Shown: positions 14,001-28,141 of the stretch, one piece after another
How positions within the stretch are numbered: the first letter of the stretch is position 1
Layout of the letters: each line of letters begins with the position of its first letter
From: Ophelia neglecta
Lineage: Eukaryota
Reading direction: 5' to 3'
Assembly (NCBI GenBank): GCA_965285935.1
Contig: OZ260661.1
Coordinates: forward strand, 61,814,001-61,878,000
DNA length: 64,000 nucleotides
Position numbers and translations under genes: made by a program
The notes under the pieces: model-generated
Database searches by the model: none
What the model was told of the DNA's origin: nothing
What the model saw: only the letters and a program-made list of their open reading frames with translations

Positions 14001-17000
14001 AATGCTAATAAGGATATCTGAGAATAATGCCAGTTGCTCAATTTTCTTGTCGCTGCATGGCTTTGTAGTGGTTGAAGATGATTTCTGGAGCTGAGCTACT
14101 CAGGTTTTCTGACTTCATTATGGAAATAGAAAGAACTAGATGAAGATATTGTGTTGAAGTTGAATGCAAATGAAACGTCTAAATAAACGGTTATGGTTGA
14201 ATTGAAAAATTAGCTGCTCGAGTGGATACCTGTCAGGCACGCTCCACTCTGGAGCCACTGAACTTACTGCCAGAAGTGCTCTGTTTGAATTACTAATTCT
14301 CATTAAATTAAATTGCTGATTGTTACTAGACAATAGCTCATCATTCAGATGATAAACTTTATCTCATATTTCGTGTGTCAATATAGACATGTGATTTTCT
14401 GGTACTCCAAGCCCATTCTGTAGAGTTGGCCACCAATATTTATCAACCAAACAATGGAAGGATATAAAATAAGGAAAACTAATATTATGAGTGATTTATT
14501 CACCTGGTGTTTATTTTTCTGGGCTACATCTCTGTTCATTGTGAAATAGATCTCGTGGTGCTTTCAGTCTAATTTGGAAATCTATTTGGTGTCCAAACAT
14601 GAAGACAATTCAGGTATTCTTGGCACTTCTGGGAAGTTTGCATGGATAGCTACCGGCTCTGTGGAAAAGTTAATTGTTGTTATCAATGTCAACATTTAAT
14701 CATTTTGTCCACTTGCGTACGCTCTACTGCCATTTCAGGCTTTTTGCCAGTGATAATTTGAAGTCATAATGTGAAGAGGGCGCTCCTTGTGTCACTTGGA
14801 TTGCTGCGGCAAACAATGGGAATGGTGGCCGAGAAACTATTACTCCACAGCTACCTGGTCATTGAGATTGCAATAAAAAGACGATAAATCACCTCTGATG
14901 TTTATAAATTTCTTGCCAGAGTATTACCTGTTCCGCTCAACATGAGTACATGATAAATCATTCTCATTTGCTGTCATGCTCTAAACTTAATGTGAGGCCT
15001 CGACAGGACCATTTTCTGTCAGGTAGCACGCTCCCCTCAAGTATGCATAATGTAGAACCATCATTGGTTCATAAGAAAATAGGGGCAGGCCGTCAGATTT
15101 TCTCATGTCACTGCTTAATGAATAGTGGCCATTGTGTGCTTGATATGGACAAAATAATCTAAATTTTCTCACCCATGGATTATCCTGCAGTCATGTGTGG
15201 GAAATAGATTGGTGCATTTCATCAATTCCAAGTGTCACTCCATTGCATTTAATCAAAGTAGAATCACTTTTGCTGAGAAGAAGCCAAAGGTACAAATTCG
15301 GGAATCAAGAATGTCTTATTAAACCATATCGAAGATTGTTTGCACAATTTTTGAATTGAATTGAGCATGCCATGTGATGCACTCTTCTATAAATCATGCC
15401 TGCCAGCTTGAAATGGAAAGATTTGATGGGATTGTAAATAATGGTTGGTGTTGGTTGGACGCGTGTGAGGCACAGGTCGGTCGGCTGCCTGTCGCATGGT
15501 CTGTCCTTCTACCTTCCCAGAAAGTAATCCTCGCTCAAAAGCTTGTTGTTTGCACTGAAGCACGATCCGACCAATCGCACCTGATCGCAACAAATGAAAA
15601 CACACAGACTGTTTAGTCGCACAGGAAATGAAGAACTTGATTCATCCCTGCAAATATTTGCCAGAAAATCCTACCCCCAGGTTAATAAAGATGATGGAAA
15701 ATCGTAGATCTCTGCCGAGATTGGTATGCATAAAATGCCACTCTGATTGAATGGACCACTGCAATACCCTAAGTAGTAGGTATTTTGTACATAAAAGCTT
15801 CATTATGGAGCAATGTTTATTCATGTGTGGCGCAATCCAGGCGAAATAAGACCAGATTGAATGAACGTCTCTGCCTGATATTGCAATATTTTAATCATAT
15901 CTTAAAAGATAAATACACTGTTGTCATATTCTGATCACTAAATATGTTGGTTCTGGCAGCCAGTAACTATTATGGCTAGAGACTTATGGTAATAAAAATC
16001 CTTTTTATTGTTTTTTGAAAATGTCCAGTCCCAAAACCATGTACTGTGGGGAAATTTTAAACCCATTTAATGTACCACTGTTTTCTTCTGCAAGAGGCCA
16101 GGACAAAGACTTTGAAGACAAAGAAAGGAAAACAGTTATGTGGTACCTTTATGTGAAGGTGGTGGCATTAATCTCCCTTGGTGTGACAGTTTTTATTAAC
16201 CATTAATGGTGCTGTCATGGCCTTTCTGGTTGAGCTGACCGGTAGGCTGGTCAGAGATACTGTTACTGGGCTCTGATACCGTGCAAGTGACAGGAGCCCA
16301 GATGGACCGGTGATCTAACACTGACCACGATGATCACTTAAACCATTTCTCACCTGGAAGTGTCCCTTCCAGAATGGCTTCATTATTTGACAGCAGTCAG
16401 GTGGAAAATCATCCCTGTAGCGTTGTCGTAGTCAGCCCATCAAGGTGTACACTAGCGAACAAAGCCTGGCACGGGCAGCACGTGTCTATTGTAAGTCTGC
16501 ACCACATAAGTGGACTTCTCAGCCATATGAGGTTGTCACACGTTTTACAAATGTCATCACCCGATGGGAGATCAAGTGGGATGTCTCCTGTGCTCTACGT
16601 AAGCAGTCATTGTTGTCAAAAACAGCGCACCTTGGCTTGGCAATGAGAAACAATTCTGAACCAAACCAGCCATGCATTGAGTGGCTTTACACGGTGCTTT
16701 AGGGATGTGACTTTTGAGAAACATTGATTTGTTCATCAAAGGTTAGCTAGGTGTGAAATGGGAATCTGAGCCCAGGATTTGCAGATGCCATTCAGCCAGG
16801 TTATTTTGCTGTGCCAAATTACTAGAAGACCAGTACAGCAAGAGTGGATTTAACCAGCCTATTGGCCCATGAGTTCCTTCAGCAAATGGGCCTTGCATTC
16901 CTATTCACATCATTTAAAACTCAGCAATTGAATTATTATTTTCTCTTTTTACATGTATGGCTGGGATTTTCCAAAGGATAGATTAACCAGTCCACTGCTA

Positions 17001-20000
17001 CAGTCAATGATTACGGCTCTAACCTTTTTTTATGGGTTTATAGCAGCTTGGAAAATCTGATTGACTTGTAGTTGGAAATAGATCCTTACGGCTCTCGCGT
17101 CTTTCATCCATTTTAAGTCTGAACTATTAATATAATGAGGGCTCTGCATCACCTTGTAACATTGCTGAAATATTGGCAAGGGATAATGTATGCAATTAAT
17201 TTCTGATTCCCAAAGTAGAAGTTGAATGTGACAGAATTTTGATAAATGTCCTGACATTATCTTGCCTATCAGGCCCTTGCATGTGGCACTGCTATTACCT
17301 CTGCATGCAATACCTAGGCCCCCTACATTTGCCTCCTGACTGTCCACAGAATTAATATAAGAAGGTGGGCTAGTTTACTTGCCTCATTGGCCCCCAACTG
17401 CAGTGCATGCTTCCCAAGTGGATCAATATCCTTGGTAATTAAAGTGAGCAATGCGTTTGGTTGCTCTCCATTGTGTAGTACCTGCTTGTTAATTGTCTAA
17501 TTGGATGATTGATATCATTAAGGTGTTCAGTGTGCAGGTATTTGATAAGCACCTAGGAGCACCTGACTGGGAGAGGCAGAGCTGGCTGCCGCTTGGCTTC
17601 CGTGACGAAGGAGCCCATTTCCCAATGCCTGCATCAAGATTTCCCAGGCGGCCTAGGGGGGTGGTTTAATGCAATAAGGGTGCTGCAACCTAATGGAATG
17701 CCACAAACAAACATTAACAACCTCCATGAGAGAGAAAGGAAATATAGCAATGCAATATATATTCTAAAACCTCCCACTGTTTGAGGTATATTATTTTTAT
17801 ATCAAATAGAGAGCTGTAGTCGCTCATTGTTTGTGTTGAGGTGTGTCACTGCATTAACTAGAAAACATGTCCCAATGTGTATTGACTGGTTTGTACATTA
17901 CACAAAATTCAAAATTTAACTTATTAATACTATTTCCATTACACTTCCACTATGGCACTAAGGATAATTCTATTAATTTATTTATTTTTACATTTTAACA
18001 AATTACAGCCTGTTAACAAATGCAGAGTAAATAGTAGAGATTATCATTTTTGAAAGTTAATTAATGAAACTAATTAATTTGACATTTGTTGTTTCATGAG
18101 GCCATTCATAAAAACCCCAAAACATTTAATATGAAAGAAATATGTCAGCAAGTATATGTATATGGACATTTTGGTTGGTGATCCTCTGGAGATGACCAAC
18201 TCCATACACATATACAACCGGAGCCCTTATTAAATAAAGTCACCAATAGGTAATTAGATTTTCTACCTTGTAAATTCTATGGCTGGAATGCATACATAGT
18301 ATTACCATAATGTTGATGACCACATTCATTGTCCAACAAGTGCTTTTTTGGTGATGCCAGGTATAATTCTTCAGTATGAATAAGGTGTAGATGTAACAGA
18401 TAAAATGTGTCACTCAAGGATAGAGCATTGCATGCACAAGAATTTGTGGCTTGATAATAAACTGATAGGTCCATTGCATGACAACTCCTTAGTGATTAGA
18501 ATGATAAAGTAGGGACATAATTTTGTAGATATTGTATTGATATTATTTCAGGTACAGCTCTGGCACAGAGCAATTTCTATACCCTGACAAATTTTGCAAA
18601 TTGCACCGAAGTGATGGGCAATAAATCACATTATGATATCCTGGTAGCCCACCGTTGGCCAGTTCATTACAAGGGCAAATTACACATAATAGACTTGTAA
18701 TTCTGTGCATCACATCTATTCAGTGGGTCATTATAATATCCGACTCCTTCATAATTTGCCAGGTCTAACCTGAACTACATCAGAAATTCATGACTTTATT
18801 AAATTGTTCTACCACATATATCATTTTGGGTCTTTCAGAGTTTAGTGTATGGGGAAAGGTATTGGACCTTTACAACCACGATGAATAAGTGAGATTCAGT
18901 ATTAATATAAAAAACACTTTTCCATCAAATTTGCACACCGCACCAGGAAAAGAATGAGGCGAACATGTGTTTGCTCACATTTTACAGAATATTTGCTACT
19001 TGTCAAGGTTCACCTTGATAAGTTGGCAGCGTACGGGTTAAATAATGAAGCATTATTTTATGTAAATGTCAGTTTTATGAATGTGACACTTCTGACCAAA
19101 GTCCTTCTGTTCTCTTGTTTCACAAATGAAGTGAATCTTCCTGGTAATAAATAAAACAGACCAGAATGACATTCTGGTGACAGTAACAACTATGTGCTTG
19201 TTACAGATGAGTCAGTCGGTGGGTATTTGTGTGGCTAGGTGATTTTTTATAAGAACTTGCATCTTTTGCCTGTGAACTGAACTGATATGGCCCTGATTTT
19301 GTTTCAATTTGTTCCTAACTATTTAGTTAGGATCACCCTACAGCTAAAACATGTAGACTGTGACATTTCTTTTTTTACTCCCTTGCCTGTTTCTTATTGC
19401 CTCTATAACTGAAAAAGTGCCATACAAAAATATGTTCAAATGCTTGGTTATGCTGGTTCTCCTGTACTAATATGTTGTTAAATTTCTAGCAATATAAATA
19501 TGCTTTTCAAGCTGTGAAGCTGACCACATTCTTATTTTGTCTTGTATCAGGTTTCCTATTTGCCACCATAGTGGTGGAGTCAAATCTCCGAGAGTGCCGA
19601 GAGTGCCGTGTGGATGCTATAAAGTGCGTTAGAGGTAGATGTAAGACCTGCTCTGAGCTAGGTGAAGGATGACATTTGCCAGGTGGTTGTGTGTAGATCA
19701 CAACATGATGGGGTTACAGACAAGAGACATGGTTTACCCATAGTCAAAGTCACAAGTATTCCAACTATCCTCATGATGAATTGGTTTCTGTGACTAAGGT
19801 GAACAGTACAAGTATTGGGGTACATCATCAAATTGCACTCGGGCTGATAAGTTGGCGCCAAACTGTTTAGATTTACCCTATTATGGAGAAATCTTATCAT
19901 TCCTCGAGACCTAGGCGTTACTTTGAAAAAATTGCAGTGGCTGAGGTATGTTAGTTACCTTTGGAGTCTCTTGGTGCTCAGCGAGTGAGAAAGTTTTATT

Positions 20001-23000
20001 GTGGCAAGGTGCCACCAGACAAAAAACTCTGTCCTAGCTGCCTCTCAGCTTTCATATTGAAGTAATTGGACGAGGTGGCATTCTTCATGCAGATGATTAT
20101 TTTTAAATTCAGTTTAGGTGGCATACTGCACAGAATGTTCAGAGATATGTGTTATGATCTGTCTGATTCAAGTTTTGTTTGGAATTCTGAAGATTCACCA
20201 AAGCACATTTTAGTGATCATCCGTACATGTTTACATTTTGTATTTTTTTTAGTCAGTGTAGACTTAATGACACAAACTATGGAAACCACAGTGTGAAATT
20301 TGACTAAAGAATTATCAGTACAAAATTTCCTGTTCAGGTTGGTAAGAATGTGGATAAAGTTCATGTTATCAATTTAGAAATTACTCAGTGCCAAATTTAG
20401 AGATAAAGTAAAATGGAAAGGGCCCATTTGCATCAAGCTTGGGAAAAAAAATCATATGAAATCTGTGTCCCTTCTCCAGACTAATCAATCTTTACTGTCT
20501 GCTTCAAAACTGCCATCACCTGATCTCCCAATATATTTCCAACTAAAGAAAAATTATTTACTAAAAAACTTTAATTTGCTAGAAATCCAGACAGAATTTT
20601 GGTAAGGTAGAAAGAGTGACATTTTTCAATTAAGATAATGCAGGACTTCGTTTTGCCATTGTGCTAAAAAGTACAAGGCTGTGTGCAGTCAGTTTTAAAT
20701 TATTTTGGTGAAAAGGCACAAAGTGTAGTTATCCATTTTACTGAAATTAATTGGAACTGTATTCATAGAATTATTACAGTTGCCTATATTCAAGTGGTTT
20801 AGTGGCTCATAAATCTTGTGTAGTAGTTTCCATCCACAAAGTGATTCCACTCATGGTTTGTGAAGCACCTAAATGATGCAGCCATCCATGTAGTGAATAT
20901 TTGACATCCATAATGTGCCTCTTTCCGCTGAGCCGGGCAAGTCTAAGAGAGAGCCAGGTATCTTTTGGCAAATACACTATTGATCCACTGGGCACATTTG
21001 ATGCGGGGCTCGCTTCTTGTCGCTGGGACAAAATGCAGGTATCGGTCATTTCACGCCAGAGAGAAGTCCCAAGCGATTTCATTTATCTCGGAATTAATCG
21101 ATCATGCGGTGCCACATGAATATTGTTCTGAGAGTATTCAATCCCAGGCATGGCATATCATATCATAACTTGTATGCTCTCGGCCTATGATAATGAAGCA
21201 AATCACATTCATAGGATGGGGAGTTATTGTAATGCAGTCGATTACAATCAGATAGCAAAGGTACTGCTCGTTCTTTATAGCCTCTGCTGACTCAATTTAA
21301 GGCAATTCAGCTTGATATGGCAATGTGATGTTATTGGCTGTTCTGTTTGGCAAATTTTAAGCTAGGCTCCTCTTGTACAATCAATGCTTTAATAGAAAGC
21401 TTTCTCATTCATAAAGCAACAAGATAAATCACTGTTTATTTGCATGGCTCTTACGAAACAACCTTAATTGCTATGTCCCTAAATATGGTGCTCTTGTTTT
21501 GTCATCCACTTTTACTGATAAAGGCAATTTCTTTTCAAGAATGGAAGTGTTTTCTGCCCTGTTTGACTGTCTGAATGTGAAGGAAACGAATGAAGAGGGT
21601 CTTCTGTCAATTTCCATCAGACATCTTTCCCAGGAAATGAAATGGATACCCATCCAGTGTCATTGAGGCATCCTCCCTCTCACTATTGTTACAAATCAAT
21701 ACCCTAACCTCAGCTCAGCGTATCGGCCAATCCAGGTGTCTAACCATGTTCCTGGCCAATGGCATTTGTCAATAAATTCCTAAACATGAATCACAGGGTT
21801 CCTGCCGAGTAAAGGTTATTGCAAATATTGCTCAAGAACACGAAGCAGAGCACACCAAAAATCTATGGGCATGAACATTTTTATTCAATGTTTACCAGCA
21901 AATACATCCAAAGGATGTTTTTTATGCCTTTGAAGGTATTGGAGGGATGAAAACAAAATCATTGATTGTGATATGTTGTGCCCTGCCCTTGCCAGGCAGT
22001 CCATTACAGCACCTATTAGGTGTTCCATTGAGTGTGGGGCGCCTAAATGTGGCTCCCAGAAGAGAGCTCTTCCGAATTTGGACATATTCATTGGAATGTC
22101 CTCCAGGGAAGTTTTCCGGGAATCCTTGCAGCTTAGGCATTTGTCTAAAAATCTTAGCTGTTGTCGCCACAGCGAAGTACCTTGCTACAGTGGGAACGGA
22201 GTCCGCTGTGCCCTAATGCCGCCCTCCTCTCCATTATGACAGTGTGGGCCAGGGGTGGCGTGTCAATAAAACAGGGGATTATAGATCTATACATAGATAT
22301 CAATGCAGCAAATACCCTAAATGGCTGCAGCAAATAGTTGTCTTTCAACCAGTTAGGGAATTAATTCAGCTGAAATCGTGTCGAAGTAATTGCATTCAAG
22401 TGCGCAGTTGACTCTTTCTGAGATACCCTAGGTGTTGGGCACAATTTCCCTGAGCCACCTGAGGATTTTGGCACTGACATTCTTGGCAAATCTCTCCCCT
22501 AAGTATTGCTTCCAATTTGGCCTGTCCACCTTTCTCAATAAAGGTGCCTTAGTAAATGGATTGGAAAATTTCTCAATTAGAGCATTGCTAAGAAATTGCA
22601 CCAAAAGAAACTGAAAATTAATCTCAGTCCTAGCATTCCACTGATACCAGCTGTGTTATCGAACTAGATTCTCACATGGGAAATATGATGATTCAAGGCT
22701 CGTGATTAATCTTAAAAAGAAATAAAGTAAGTGTACATAATCATAAAAAGTCAACTAGGAGTATTCAAAACACCTCACCCGTGGGAACGCCACTTGAAGA
22801 TTTGAAGTGATTCCTATTACTTAGATTAGACAAGTGGATGAGAGCCTGTTTTGATCAAAAAGTGGGAAGAATTTCCACTAATAGTAGTTTTGATTCTGTG
22901 ACCTTGCGTCTGCTATCACCAATAGTTTATAGAACCTTGACAGTTTTCCACTCGGAAGGATTATTTGCCACCTCCTGGGGCAAGTGATACCTATGAGAAA

Positions 23001-23620
23001 CTTCCAAACAAGGCCACCTTGTTTGAACAACTTCAGCACCTCAGCAACCCCATATATCTAGCACAGATTAACTATTAACGAACATTGAAATCTTGCCTTC
23101 TATAGTTACCTTTAAATGTCTAGGTACTGATTGAAGGAGGATGTAATTCACAAAATCTCTGTTTGTTTGGCCTTAATACAAGGCCACATATAGAATATCT
23201 TTGTTTTCTCTGTAGATTGTTGCATTTCCCTAATTCATTTAACTAGACAAAAAAAGACAACACTCCTTTCGAGATCTCATGTGTGGATTGAGTATCTTAT
23301 GCTAGGGATTCGCAATTAATGGAAATGTTTTTTTGGAGATTGTTTTATGTCTGAATCGTAATAAACTAGGATTGTGTTTGAATAACAATTTGAATTTGCC
23401 AATGCTCCCTTTATCATCCTAAAACAAATACACAGGATAGCACAATTTTGCTAGATGCCTACAGTTGAGCTTACACTATCTTTAAATGAAAATGTAACAT
23501 CTGAGTATTATTTGGAGCCAGAATGCACACACCAGTATTATTTTCTTCCAATCCTTATGCTTCTGATTCGTGTTGCTATAACACTCATTTCATGAGCCCA
23601 GCTGTTGATGCTGTACCTGT

Positions 23621-23634
23621 GTTGCCATGGTAAC
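23621..23634. promoter_or_regulatory. RFX X-box GTTGCCATGGTAAC
   Basis: Near-perfect 14-bp RFX palindrome. Confidence 0.55.
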
Positions 23635-26600
23635 CAGAATAGCAGGACTGAATTGTGGGTTCCATAATGACAGATAGTGTTTAGCCCACTACTTGGGACC
23701 TTGCTATCATGACATAGAACAGGCACTGAGGATGGCGGCTAGCAGCTAGATCACTCTGGGATTGGTGTAAGCCTTCTGAAACCAGGTGGGGCTAACGAAA
23801 CAACAGAATGATTGTCTTGAAGGGTAGTTCTTGGGATACATCAGGTAATTACATTTTGGTATTAACTGTCTCACCAGAGCATGAACATCTAAAATGATCC
23901 AACACGGATATCAGAGATGGTTCCACCAACAGTGTCTACTTGTCTAGTTGTTGTCATGGGCATGCTGATTGATCAGTGTCAGGAAGGATGTGCATTGCTT
24001 TACCACATCCTCTGATGTGATTCTCTACTAAGGTTCATAAAAATTCCTCCATGAACCTTAGTTTGGTCAAATTTGCCCAAGGTTAATTAACTCTGTTTTC
24101 TCCATTTCAGGTATGTATTGATTTCTCTAATTAGCTGGATTGAAAGAAAAATTAGAGTGTAGGGTAAAACGACAGGGGTGGGCGTGGTCATGTTTAAATG
24201 TATTCTTCTCGCATCTGAATGTATGCCACTGACAAACTAAACGGTAAGGTGCATTGGCTTAGAACAAGAAAAGCCACTAGTACAACTTTTGACTTATATT
24301 AAAATGCAATACAGCAGAAAACTGTACAGATCTGGAGTAGCAGGTGCTTAACGGGGTAATGTTTGACTTGAATCTGTTGAATCTGTTATGCCTATTTATC
24401 TAGATACCACGTACAGAGTGATACAACAGGTGTATTGAGGGTAAATATTCCTAAGTATGGGAGTGATGGATACTCAAACAGTACTGCCTAGCCCTAAGGT
24501 ACGTGATTCCCCTAGGCTCAAAAAATGAGCAAGTAGGTCATCAAAGATTGTGACAATCATTTTTTTAAGTTTTGGCAATTTGCCTGACATTAAAAGATAA
24601 CATTGAGTATCTCTTGTAGTTATTTATACAAGCAAGTGGTTGATTCCGCTGTCGAAACTAGCAAAAAAATATTTGAAGATAAATATACACTGCTTCATGG
24701 ATATGTGTTTATCCAGCAATATGGGGCCAGAAAAAGGCCAATTGAAATTCCATGTGGCTAGGTAATGCCCAACCTGTGGAATTCCTAGCCAGCTTGTGAG
24801 GGATTCCCCTCAGCTCAATAAATATACACACCCATCAACATGCAAACATTATGTCATAATGGAATCTTTCAGTGAGGTAGGAGCAAATTTTGAAGCAGTC
24901 ACTCTGTGGGCATCACTCAGAGTAATACAGATAATTAAGATTATGTAAAAATGCACCGGGTCTGGTCTTGACATGATTATGTAAATAGGTTTTGTGTCAG
25001 GTATCTGGCGACATCTCTGAACTGGACCTGGAGGTTTTTCAGCCATATCAGTAATGTTTATAAACATTTCTAACTCTGAACAGGAGTCCTTTCTACTGGA
25101 GAAATGCAGTCTTGCATCTCGTGAGACACACTTGAAAGTGAATGTTCTCAGGCAATGTTGACAATAGGGAGGATGTGTATTTTTAGGAGAATTCCCTTTG
25201 GTGTGTATAGGTACGCTTGGGCCAGATTTGTGGTAGCTGTTATAGAATCTCTTACATGCACAATATAAGCTTATGTAGATTGAGATTATTTGGTAGTCCT
25301 GTCTGGCCCTGTTTAAATGGGTCATGGACTATTAATTGCCAGATAACCCAATGCTAAGCCATGCTTGTGGCTGCATGTCAACACGCCATGGAGATGTCCC
25401 CTGGGTTCTAAATTGGAACCACTCTCTGTGGCTCCAGCTTCAAATTGGCTAGATCAGGTACTGACGTTTTGCAGCTTAGCATGGTAAAGGGGTATACCTT
25501 TCAAATTTTCATCACATTTTACTCTTATCATATAACACTGACTCCTTGGGCATAGGCCGTAAAATTATGAGAGCTCATGTAGCTGAATACTAGCATAGTT
25601 CTTCATGCATTTAAATCATAGCTCAAGTTTGGACTGCATCAAAGGAAAAACAAACATCCTGCTAGATTGTACAGACTTTTGTAATGGTGTTTTTACAAAG
25701 TGTGCAGTTCCTGCATGGTCATGACAGCATTGAACAGTCTTAATTAAAACTTATATTTATCAATTAGCTATTACATTTGGGATCAAAATCTATTTGAAGT
25801 AGGCCTGTGGCCATTCATCAGGTGGAGCAGTTTAGTGTTTATTTAGGCATGTGAAGACACACCTTTTTGTTGTTGACCAGAGAATGTCAGGCGGGTGGAT
25901 GGATGGCAGTTTGAGACTTTGGATGTGATGGCCCAGTGGCATTCAACTGATAGAGACTCATTATTCAGGGTGTAACCTAAGCCGTTGGCCTGCCACCTTT
26001 GGTATGTCCCTGGCCCCCTACCAGATAGGTGACCTGTAAGGTGTTTGGATTAGCATCCTTTTTCCCACACCCCCAGGGCTCAGGCAGAGCTGGGGGTTTT
26101 ACCTTTCCAGTGGCTGACCCTCTGTAGTTGGTGACAGATAGGTGGTTAGGTGTGAGTGTCAGGCCAAGTGTTTAGATTAATCACAAAGTTCAGCCGGCCA
26201 CTGCCATCCCCGGGGCGGCTGGATTTAGGCTTACCTTTCCTCTGGCAACATGTGGCATGCAAAGATAAACCAAATCCTCCAAATTAACCTAGTCAGATTT
26301 AAAATTAGCTTGCCCATTGATAATTGATGCTGACACCTCTGATGCTTATCGATGCCATCTTTTCTCTGTGCCATATTTACTCACACCAAGATGATTATCT
26401 CATATTGTGTAAATGGTCTTAATTAAAACAAAAACATTCATTATATGCTAATTTAATGTTCTAATAATCCTTGACCACTTTGCCTTCAATTCGTCACCAT
26501 TTCGAAACAAAAGATAATGTTTGATTAAAATTGTCAATTTGCTTATTGAATCCTACAAAATGGCTCTTTAAGACTGTAGGAAATTATTATCTGCCCTGGC

Positions 26601-28117
26601 CTGACAGATCCACATGAATCATTATTAAAAAGAAGTGTGATTTGGTAGCATCGTGATAACCCTGGCGTCATTCCAGTGGTTGAGGTAAGCTGGTTTTATT
26701 GGTTATTGTGGTAGTTGCCCAGGTCTGATATAAGTAATGTGATGTGGTTTGTGTTACCTGGTGATCAAGTCTGGGACCAGGCGGCTCTGTCAGCGGCTAA
26801 AGGTGGCTTGTGTCACTGGCGGTTTCTGGCATACCTCTCTCAGACATATGACAAACACATGTGATGAATGGAGGAAACAAAGGAACCTGGATAGGTCATC
26901 CGAACCCAAAACACAGTGCATGTGTGCTAGAACTTACTAGTTCAAAGATTCCCTGATATCAGTTCCAACGTGCAGGATGTGCAGTTGATGTGTGGCAGTC
27001 CTAAAACGGGTAGATGAAGTCATTTTCCAAGCTGTCAAAATTCAAACCAGGTGCAGCATCATCACCTGAGGGTGACTGAAGTTTTGGGGATGGGAGGAAA
27101 CAGAAAGTGTTTAAAAGAAATATGTGCTTCAGTATTTGATTGGGATGGAAGGTTACAGGGTGGGTGGCCTAACCTGGAATATATAATTCAGAATTAAAAC
27201 AAGGTACAATCATGATGAATTAAGGTGATTTTCCAGTCACAGGGGTCAGGTAGCAGTGGGTACAAGAGAAATAAACAGGCGTGGCTAAGAGCATTGATAG
27301 CTAAGTAAGGTGCCACTTGAGATAAACACTGGTGGATTAAAAGGTACACTGGTGCCAGTGTGCCATCCACCAGAAACAGCAGCCATTATGCTAGGTACAC
27401 TACTGCCATTATGCTGCCAGATAAACCATTCAACTCCTTAGGTAAGACTTGTACTTTTCTCCGAGTTGACTTGCTCTCAACCTTCTTGCTATCTCGGCTT
27501 AAAAAGAATGTTATCCCTATTGGTGTTGGAGGAGAAACTTTTTTATTTCACCAGGATTCTTTGACAAGTGCCCTTGTCTTGGAGCAAGCTCGACATGGAA
27601 AAGGTTTTATCAGGTGCAGCTTCAGGTTGCTTTGATGTTTGGCACTCCTGGATGTCAGAATAATTTGCTATCAGCAAGCAGTTTAGGATGCAGATGATTT
27701 GTTTAGTAAACATAGGTAGGAAGATAAGGCTTATTTATAGGTGGAGTAGGTTTTATTTAAAACATAGGTATTAGCAATTCTTGAAATTAGGCAGGTGTGC
27801 CTAGCTGGAAAAAGTGTAATCATTAACTAGATACTGCACTTTGTAACTGGTGATCTGGACTCTGCTTCAAGCCAGGTGATGTATAAAGCCTGTCCAAATG
27901 TACCCTAAGTCAGTGGCTGAGTTGTCATAGAAACACAATTACCTGGTAGAGCGGCCATCCACTGCATCATGTGAGTAACACAAGGCTTACTCATGTACAG
28001 ATTGGATTATCTCCCACCTCAATAGTGCAGCCATGACACAGATGTGCAGCTTATTAGTTTATCAGATATAGAACTTGGACCAGGCTGCTTGCTTTCTTAG
28101 CAGGATTGTCAGCCAGA

Positions 28118-28141
28118 GGGGGGGGGGGGGAGGGGGAGGGG
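28118..28141. repeat. G-tract (G13 A G5 A G4)
   Basis: Read directly; G-quadruplex-capable. Confidence 0.9.

Noticed and set aside
24849-25325. 158-aa minus-strand ORF
   Set aside because: No recognisable motif or exon structure.
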